From NCBI GenBank assembly GCA_016839605.1, contig JAEOTX010000248.1:1-34526 (forward strand): 34,526 nt of DNA. The letters run 5' to 3'. The position numbers were made by a program, and so were the translations under genes. Under the pieces are notes generated by a model, which worked only from the letters and a program-made list of their open reading frames with translations, was not told where the DNA came from and made no database searches. Of this stretch, positions 8,578 through 15,640 are shown one piece after another. The DNA is from Candidatus Thorarchaeota archaeon (GTDB lineage: Archaea > Asgardarchaeota > Thorarchaeia > Thorarchaeales > Thorarchaeaceae). Every line of letters begins with the position of its first letter. Position 1 is the first letter of the stretch.

Positions 8578-11500
8578 TTACTTCTTCTTCACTAGGAAGA
8601 GAATCAGTATCACTACTACTCCAACGCCAATACCAGCAATCAAACCCAACAGCAGTGGGTCAATCGGCGGTGGTGGTGGTGGAGGTTCGGTTGTCGTGGT
8701 TGGCGTAGTTGGTACCGTAGTCGTTGTTGTGGTTGTTGGTGTTGGTATGGTACCACTCCCAAGAGTGAACACGTCATCGCTCGCATCAGGTATGGATGGA
8801 TCTCCTGGCCAGAGGGTTGGTAGACCAAATTGACCGGCGTATGCTGTATCGTTGTCAAAGGCTGTGACCTCGATGAGCGCCTCGTCAGTCGCCAAGATTG
8901 CAGTTGTAGTCCATGAGTAGTAGTAGTAGCTATTGACTGCATCATATGGCACTGGTCCTGTGAAGAGTGTCTGCCAGTATGTTCCTCCGTCCTTGGAGAA
9001 CCGGATCTGGTAGATCAAATCATCTCCGTTCGCATCATCTGAGGTGAAGGTGATGTTGTGAGTACCAATACTCCAGTCCTCGCCTCCCATAGGAGCTAGC
9101 AGCTCAATGGTTGGGATGAAGAAGTTCCCGAAAGTCACTGCGTTGAGGGTTTCCACCCATGCAACCTCAGTAGCTGTGTAGGCTGTCACCTGAATGTCCT
9201 TGGTGATGTTGAAGTAGAAGTCGTAGGTGTCGTATATGACAGTCCTTCCGGGTACTGCTGGTTGTGCCTCGGCTGAACGAGTATCCACAGTGTAGCTCCA
9301 TGTGCCGGGATCCTGGTCATAGTTCCAGCAAACGATAATCATGGTATCGTTAGTTGAGGTCCAAGTGAAGCTACCAACTTCAGGATGGGCCCCTGAGGCC
9401 ATGGTTCCACCTGCTGCAGTTACCAGGTCATTGCCGTATGACGCTGGCGTTTCTCCATCAACGACCCAGAAGTCACAGTCACCAATCGAGAAGTCACAAA
9501 CTATATCGACCGGATCACCAGGGGCGAGACCCTTGATTACCGCGATCGAAACTTGATCCGCTGGCAAAGGTGTATCGGGGAAGTTGAATGGGGTGTTCGC
9601 ACCCAGTGTTGGGATAACCAGAGGTATGTCATATTCCTCAAAGAACAATCCACTCAGGAACGCAAGTTCGGTTTCCACGATCTCGAAGTCTGGATTCAAC
9701 GGGAAGGTGTAGTCTGTATAGGTGAAGTTCAGCTCCACGTGATGTCCAGCTAGAGTTTCACTGCTGCCAAATGCTGTGGCTGCTCCACCACCAACCGAGT
9801 AGGTTGACTCCAAGCTCGATGAAGGTCCTTGCATGAACCACTGAACCTCGAGCGTAATCGCCTCATATGGATCAGTTCCATTCCATGCACTGACAACCAA
9901 CTGGAGATACCATTCTCCACGGTAGAGATACACACTCTCGGGACCACCATCGAAGACCATAGTGTTGTACGTTGGTCTCACTGGGGGTTCGTTGAGTGGG
10001 TAGTCATAGAGGTTGGTCTGGGCAAGAACATAATCGCTCTCATAGCTTTCAATGAGAAACATGTCCACAACAGTTCCAGGATTCTCCCAGCTCACCTTGA
10101 ATGCCAAGACTGAGCCGTTTCCTGCATTTGCAGGTAACCCAGCATCTGCAGGCTCTGGCACTTCAATGCGGAATGTTCTCTTGTCTCCAGCTCCTGCAAA
10201 GTTCTCCTCATAGAGATCAGCAGCTGCGAACACAGCACCGTTGTCGTATGGATTGAAGTCAGTTCCCGCTCCATCAACCATGGTGACTACTTCGCCCTCA
10301 GGCACATCTAGGTCTACGGCAACCATGTAGGAGAATGGAATCTGGTGAGTCCAGGTTCCACTGTCGACTTCAACAAATCCAGCATGGACACCATACTCAT
10401 CACTAGTTGGAGTGACTGTGACGTTGAAACCACCTGTGTGAGAATCTACGCCAAGTGATCCAGTCTGTACCTCCCATGTAATGAGTGATACCTTGAAGTC
10501 ACGGCCATGTGGTGCAGAATCCTCCACCTGTAGGGTTGGAGTGTTCTGGAAGATGTTGCTGATGCCGTTGACATCACCGATTCGTATTATCATGCTGTTG
10601 AACTCGTTGTAGGCTCGACCAATGTTCCGCAATGTGTCACTGGCAGAGAAGCCCTCACCCCATGGAGTGTAGACCATATTGTAGTAGTTCAACTCACCGT
10701 TTCCGGCTAGATTCCCTGGACCATCGTCAGCCCAATCGAACAGCCTGCAGATCGAGAACTCGCCGATGTAATCAGCATCGAAGTTCACCACTACGAATGC
10801 ATATGGATCAGCAAAAGCTGCATCAATCTCGGCTTGCAAGTAGCCTGCATCTAGGAATTCTTGATTCAAGTCGAAGAATCCTGGACGCTCGACTGCCGGG
10901 TCGAAGCCGCTGTCATCGTAGGTGTAAGTAGTTCCCTCAAAGCTCAACTCATCGCCCATAACATATTCCCAAGCTGTGACACCATAGTTACCACTCGCTT
11001 CGTAGTCGACGCCGTCGTAGCCAGTTGCATTGACAGTCACCGTTTTCGTTTCACCTGGAAGTACATCTCCGAAGAAGATGCTACTCGTCAGTGCCGGTGT
11101 TTCATTCAGCGGATACGGGGCAGACGGGTGTCCGGGTGGGTAAGGCATTCCTTCCCAAACATCATTTGGTATATCGAGCCAGTTATCGCCACCAGCTGCT
11201 GCAGGCCATGGGGCATGATAGTATCCAGCATATGCCCAAATCCACCAGCGCCATGAGATGTAGGCGGACTCATAGTAGTTGTCCATTGTGTCACCAGTCT
11301 GGAAGTAATATCGATCATTCATCATGCCATCAATGGCCAAGCATGCCTCATAGGCGTTGACCTGTCCATGACCCTGAATGAATGGATCCATACCCAAATC
11401 CTCTGATGATGATAGCACGACCTCCTTCAGCACGTAAGGATCGTAGGCCCATCCGTTGTCCATCATAGCCTCAAGTGCGACTGCTGCAACTGCAGCTGCC

Positions 11501-13671
11501 AACGGTGAGGATAGACTTGTGCCCTGCCACCACTTGTAGGTGACTGCAGGCGCTCCACTGACATAAAGGTAGGGTAGACCTTCATACATGATGTTCTGGA
11601 TAGGTTGTGGATTAACTCCTCGATAGCCGGGTGCAACTACGTCAGGCTTTGGATATCCTAAGAAGTTTGGACCCATCGAAGAGAATGCTGCGGGGGAATT
11701 TGCATTAATCTGACCTTCTGAGTAGAAGTTGTTCCAGTAGTGGTTCTTGGTTGTAGCACCAACACAGACAACAAGTCCTCCAGTGGCTGGCGCTCCGCTT
11801 GACATGTATCCTGGACCAGAGTTACCTGATGATGAGAACATCAAGATGCCCTCATAGGCAGGATCTGCGTACCCTGGTATCGACATAGCATCAAACGCTA
11901 AGGTCGTCCAGAACAAGTCAAACTGGGAGCCTGCACCCCAACCCCAAGACATCGTTAGGATGTCAGCCTTGTGTTCGCCGGTGTACTCCCACATACCAGA
12001 TGTGGAATTGAGATGGAATCCGCACGCCCAGAATGTTCCTCCAAAGTCGTCAAAGATACTCGCGCTGCCGAAGTTCTTGATTGACATCAGCGAAGCGCCA
12101 GGAGCAACACCAGGTAGGAAGTATTCGGTATCGTTCATTGGGTCGTTGCCTTCGTAGACTTTGTGACCAAAGACTCCACGTGAAGCAATCGAACCTGCAA
12201 TCCACTGACCGTGGTTGGTTGAAGGGGTCCCGGAGTACTCTGCATAAATCAGACCGAATCCTAGACCATCAGCTCTGAATCCACAGAAGAGTTCCTCATC
12301 GGTGGCATTCATACCTGTGCCTGCAAAGTAGGTTTCATTGAAGTAGTGTGTGTAGAAGTCGGGATGGTCATACATCCAACCCAACGACCCAAGGCCATAA
12401 TAGTTTGTGCCATCATTGTAGTGCACAACTGGTCCCTTTTCAGTTCCATCAACGGTGTAAATCCAGCCTCCATCATAGTCGTCCTTGAAGCTCCAGTCCA
12501 TCATTCCCTGCATCAAATCAATATACTCAGTTACATTCGGGTCCGCGACGGTCTCGTGCCAGTAGACATCGTTGATTAGTTTTGAAAACGTGGCCATGCC
12601 TGCCCAGTCGATTACCAATTTACTTGCATCAAGCACAAGTGCTGGTGCATAAAAGGCATCGAAATGGTCATCACGCATTTCATAGACCCACCCAACGGTG
12701 TAATTGTCAAAGCTACCTGGAGCTGGCAATTCCCAGTCCCTCCACAGATAGGGTTCAATGAACCAAGTATCTAGACCATATCCGTAAGCACCGAAGTGTT
12801 CAGATAGAAGCCTCCTGAGCCAGTGAGCTGATGCACTGAAGGGCGCTCGAGCAGTAATTGGGTCCCAATCTGTGACGTTGAGGTAGTATTTGCCGCTCGT
12901 GGCGTTGTAATAAGTCAGGGCATAGCCTGCAGCAAGCCATTCAGTGGTATTAGCAACGTTAGTGGCATTTGCGTACGTAAGGAACTGAGTTCCAGCACCT
13001 GAAGGATCGTACGATGTTGGTCTGCCCATTGAATCTACATCAGCTGCGTCGACCAAATCAGGAACACTGAAGTCTGCGCAAAAATCAGTGACAGCAACGG
13101 TCACACCGTCACCCGTGTAGCCCAGACCAGCTGCACCTGATGAACCAAGATCATCAGCGATCTCGAACATGTCAGGTTCAGGTACGTCAGTGCGCATGTC
13201 AATTTTTGGTATTGTCTTATCAGCTGAAATATACATCAAGCCATCGAGCTTTGTGAGTATTCTTGCGTCTCCGGATGTGAATACCGTACCATAGACGTAA
13301 GTCGCAAAGCCCATATCAACAGCCCAATGGACTTGGGCATTCTCCTTCACAGCATTTACATCAGAACCGGGGAATAGGACTAACAGGAAGTCTACGCCGC
13401 CATGCGACGTATCCATCTCAGTAGTAGTAGCATCGGTTTCAATATAAGATGCAAAGAGGGAGTCTACCTTTTGTTCCCTCGCCATAGGATCACTCAATCG
13501 TTCATTGATACTATCGACCATGTCGACTGCCTGATCCACCATGGTGGGGGAGGTGCTAAATGGTGATGCTTCAGATGTTCTCATCACTATGGCTGGTGCT
13601 AGAAATAGCGAAGCAGACAAAGTGACAATGAGAAGCAGTACCACTGCACGTCTCTTGTATAAGTATAACAT
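8578..13671 (-). CDS. Giant (1697 aa) membrane-anchored S8 subtilase, pyrolysin-like surface glycoprotein
   Basis: Signal peptide; triad D196 (VAVTDFC), H487 (NHGQWIAG), S719 (QGTSLSSP); oxyanion SGNSG; about 20 N-x-S/T sequons; Thr/Pro linker; C-terminal TM ending KKK. Confidence 0.9.
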   Translation of the reverse strand: MLYLYKRRAVVLLLIVTLSASLFLAPAIVMRTSEASPFSTSPTMVDQAVDMVDSINERLSDPMAREQKVDSLFASYIETDATTTEMDTSHGGVDFLLVLFPGSDVNAVKENAQVHWAVDMGFATYVYGTVFTSGDARILTKLDGLMYISADKTIPKIDMRTDVPEPDMFEIADDLGSSGAAGLGYTGDGVTVAVTDFCADFSVPDLVDAADVDSMGRPTSYDPSGAGTQFLTYANATNVANTTEWLAAGYALTYYNATSGKYYLNVTDWDPITARAPFSASAHWLRRLLSEHFGAYGYGLDTWFIEPYLWRDWELPAPGSFDNYTVGWVYEMRDDHFDAFYAPALVLDASKLVIDWAGMATFSKLINDVYWHETVADPNVTEYIDLMQGMMDWSFKDDYDGGWIYTVDGTEKGPVVHYNDGTNYYGLGSLGWMYDHPDFYTHYFNETYFAGTGMNATDEELFCGFRADGLGFGLIYAEYSGTPSTNHGQWIAGSIASRGVFGHKVYEGNDPMNDTEYFLPGVAPGASLMSIKNFGSASIFDDFGGTFWACGFHLNSTSGMWEYTGEHKADILTMSWGWGAGSQFDLFWTTLAFDAMSIPGYADPAYEGILMFSSSGNSGPGYMSSGAPATGGLVVCVGATTKNHYWNNFYSEGQINANSPAAFSSMGPNFLGYPKPDVVAPGYRGVNPQPIQNIMYEGLPYLYVSGAPAVTYKWWQGTSLSSPLAAAVAAVALEAMMDNGWAYDPYVLKEVVLSSSEDLGMDPFIQGHGQVNAYEACLAIDGMMNDRYYFQTGDTMDNYYESAYISWRWWIWAYAGYYHAPWPAAAGGDNWLDIPNDVWEGMPYPPGHPSAPYPLNETPALTSSIFFGDVLPGETKTVTVNATGYDGVDYEASGNYGVTAWEYVMGDELSFEGTTYTYDDSGFDPAVERPGFFDLNQEFLDAGYLQAEIDAAFADPYAFVVVNFDADYIGEFSICRLFDWADDGPGNLAGNGELNYYNMVYTPWGEGFSASDTLRNIGRAYNEFNSMIIRIGDVNGISNIFQNTPTLQVEDSAPHGRDFKVSLITWEVQTGSLGVDSHTGGFNVTVTPTSDEYGVHAGFVEVDSGTWTHQIPFSYMVAVDLDVPEGEVVTMVDGAGTDFNPYDNGAVFAAADLYEENFAGAGDKRTFRIEVPEPADAGLPANAGNGSVLAFKVSWENPGTVVDMFLIESYESDYVLAQTNLYDYPLNEPPVRPTYNTMVFDGGPESVYLYRGEWYLQLVVSAWNGTDPYEAITLEVQWFMQGPSSSLESTYSVGGGAATAFGSSETLAGHHVELNFTYTDYTFPLNPDFEIVETELAFLSGLFFEEYDIPLVIPTLGANTPFNFPDTPLPADQVSIAVIKGLAPGDPVDIVCDFSIGDCDFWVVDGETPASYGNDLVTAAGGTMASGAHPEVGSFTWTSTNDTMIIVCWNYDQDPGTWSYTVDTRSAEAQPAVPGRTVIYDTYDFYFNITKDIQVTAYTATEVAWVETLNAVTFGNFFIPTIELLAPMGGEDWSIGTHNITFTSDDANGDDLIYQIRFSKDGGTYWQTLFTGPVPYDAVNSYYYYSWTTTAILATDEALIEVTAFDNDTAYAGQFGLPTLWPGDPSIPDASDDVFTLGSGTIPTPTTTTTTTVPTTPTTTTEPPPPPPPIDPLLLGLIAGIGVGVVVILILFLVKKK
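8665..8751 (-). repeat. Low-complexity Thr/Pro linker-coding tract
   Basis: Encodes TIPTPTTTTTTTVPTTPTTTTEPPPPPPP just before the TM anchor. Confidence 0.8.
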
Positions 13672-13957
13672 TTCTGTTTTCTTCTCCTCTCATATCAATC
13701 AGCATAGAAAACGCCGCATAAGACAATAAAGCCAATTGATGGTCCTATGAATGTCTGATGCGTAAAATACCTCAAGCATTCGCCAGGCTCGAGCCTTGAC
13801 AAATACACTCCTCAATCGCGTTCTCAATAATGCCGTGATTAAAAATCGCAGATAGAAGTCATCCTATTAAGCATTACTACATGCGGATAGAATAGCTCCG
13901 ATGCTCGATTTGCATCAGGACTAGCATCTGCTTTTGAGCAATTCGTTAATACAGAGG

Positions 13958-15040
13958 TCAAGAACCACGTGCCATCTTCTTTATTCCATCGACTATCTCA
14001 TGTGCAATCATCACTGCACCAATCAGCTCAATCTTGGGCTCTGCTTTTACGAGTCCACTAGGAGGCGCAGATACTCTGCCCATTGCTCGTCCCATAGTCT
14101 TGATGAGAGTAGTTATAGCAATTTGAGCAGATACATCTAGCGGACTGCCCTCAACCTGAGAGATTAATTCGGCAAGGTCCGAGATGACGCTGTCTGATAC
14201 TTCTGAGGCGGTCTCTGCCCTTCGGACATAGTCTTGGAGTTTTGCCATACTATCAATGTCCACAGCACCCGGTGCTGCAGCTTCAGACTCAGCCTTCACC
14301 TTCAATAACTCAATCTCAGACTGAAGATTGCTTATGGTCTGGTCCTTCTCTGATATGGTCTGCAGAAGCTCTTGCTCCTGGTCAGGGCTTGCGCCTGCAG
14401 CGCTTAGGCTAGCCTCCATTGCCGACATAGCAGCTTCTCTCTCAGAAACCTCTTCCTTAATGGCATCCAACTGACCTTGCAATGCAGTGAGGGTGTTTTC
14501 TTTCTCTGAGAGGAACTCGTTAAGCTCCTTGTTTTCTCCTTCAATTTTCTGAACATTGCCCTTCATGGACTTCATCTTATCCTGTGCTTCTTTGAGCACA
14601 TCGCGGAGAGCGACAAAATCTGGATCTGGGGGAGAGATTACTTTGCTCGCGATGCCTGCGAAAATGACAGCCATGATGACTATATACAGGGCGCCGATGA
14701 AGATTCCATAAATCTCGTTTCCAAAAATCAGATCTGTCATGATCTGAATCACACCCATGAACTCCTGATATGTTCCGAAGTCTTGGCCTTCCACCCAAGG
14801 TGTGCCACCAAAGGCCGCGTAGAGAAGCGTAATTATTCCCGCTAGGAAACTCCCACCACCAGCTGCTACCAAGAGATTCCGCCTACCACTATCCTGAGGC
14901 AAATGTCTCTGATATAGCAGTACAGCTGCTCCAATGAATAAGAGCGGTAGTACATATGGCGTGACCGCAAGAACATCCACCATGGGATAATCAATTTCTA
15001 TGGCTGCATGAAAGCCGGCGACAATGTTGGGATTGGCCAT
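13958..15040 (-). CDS. Hypothetical protein: 3 N-terminal TM helices, long coiled coil, helical C-terminal domain
   Basis: Hydrophobic segments in roughly the first 135 aa, then heptad-like LKEAQDKMKSMKGNVQKIEGENKELNEFL...LQSEIELLKVK; SD AGGAGG. Confidence 0.8.
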   Translation of the reverse strand: MANPNIVAGFHAAIEIDYPMVDVLAVTPYVLPLLFIGAAVLLYQRHLPQDSGRRNLLVAAGGGSFLAGIITLLYAAFGGTPWVEGQDFGTYQEFMGVIQIMTDLIFGNEIYGIFIGALYIVIMAVIFAGIASKVISPPDPDFVALRDVLKEAQDKMKSMKGNVQKIEGENKELNEFLSEKENTLTALQGQLDAIKEEVSEREAAMSAMEASLSAAGASPDQEQELLQTISEKDQTISNLQSEIELLKVKAESEAAAPGAVDIDSMAKLQDYVRRAETASEVSDSVISDLAELISQVEGSPLDVSAQIAITTLIKTMGRAMGRVSAPPSGLVKAEPKIELIGAVMIAHEIVDGIKKMARGS

Positions 15041-15109
15041 TGCATATCCTCCTGTTACGCTGGAGAATATGATGAAAATCGCAGAATAAGTATATTCTGG
15101 GTATTAAAG

Positions 15110-15161
15110 CAAAAACATAAAATCAGAGTGTTCTGCCCCACAGAGACCTGAGGGACAGAAC
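15110..15161 (-). terminator. 14-bp hairpin plus U-rich tract after the small nucleic-acid-binding-like gene
   Basis: - strand GUUCUGUCCCUCAG-GUCU-CUGUGGGGCAGAAC (15130-15161), followed by ACUCUGAUUUUAUGUUUUU. Confidence 0.65.
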
Positions 15162-15172
15162 CATTCGAGCAT

Positions 15173-15463
15173 CTAGCGCTTCCAGAGCTCGCCTTTCATC
15201 CTTTCATGGTCCTCAACGATCGTCTCAAGAGTCTTGAACAGCCTACTGGCCTCATCAATATTGAGAAGAAAGGCGCCCTTGATGTCGCGGTCCTCACCCA
15301 GTGAAACACGGATTCTGCCATCATTCACCCAACCCTCATCAGTCTTCTGAGGGGGTTGAAGCTGAACCTCTAGCCAAGTCCTTCTCTTTGCCCCGGTCTC
15401 CCGGTCGTCAAAGAAATGCTTGATCTGGAGTCGGCGTTCGTATATCCGCGGTTTAGTACTCAT
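15173..15463 (-). CDS. Small hypothetical protein, possible PC4/Whirly-like ssDNA/RNA-binding fold
   Basis: ATG at 15463 has SD GAGGTG (preferred over the 15475 start). Basic/aromatic beta-strands are followed by KGAFLLNIDEASRL and a C-terminal helix. The fold call is inference. Confidence 0.6.
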   Translation of the reverse strand: MSTKPRIYERRLQIKHFFDDRETGAKRRTWLEVQLQPPQKTDEGWVNDGRIRVSLGEDRDIKGAFLLNIDEASRLFKTLETIVEDHERMKGELWKR

Positions 15464-15640
15464 TTTACACAGCACCTCGATTCAGACAGGTATTCCTGAC
15501 CTATCCTCATATTATATTTGCACAAAAACGGATTTACCCTCATTTCTCGGTGCTGCCGAGCTGGAGTTGTTCGTGCAATGTCGCACTAAAGATAACCCTT
15601 ATCTGAACTCCGGAAACACTCCGCATGGACGGACACACAT

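Noticed and set aside
14868-14883. RRNLL in the coiled-coil membrane protein as an S1P-type substrate site
   Set aside because: It lies in a short basic loop that is probably cytoplasmic and so inaccessible to an external protease domain.
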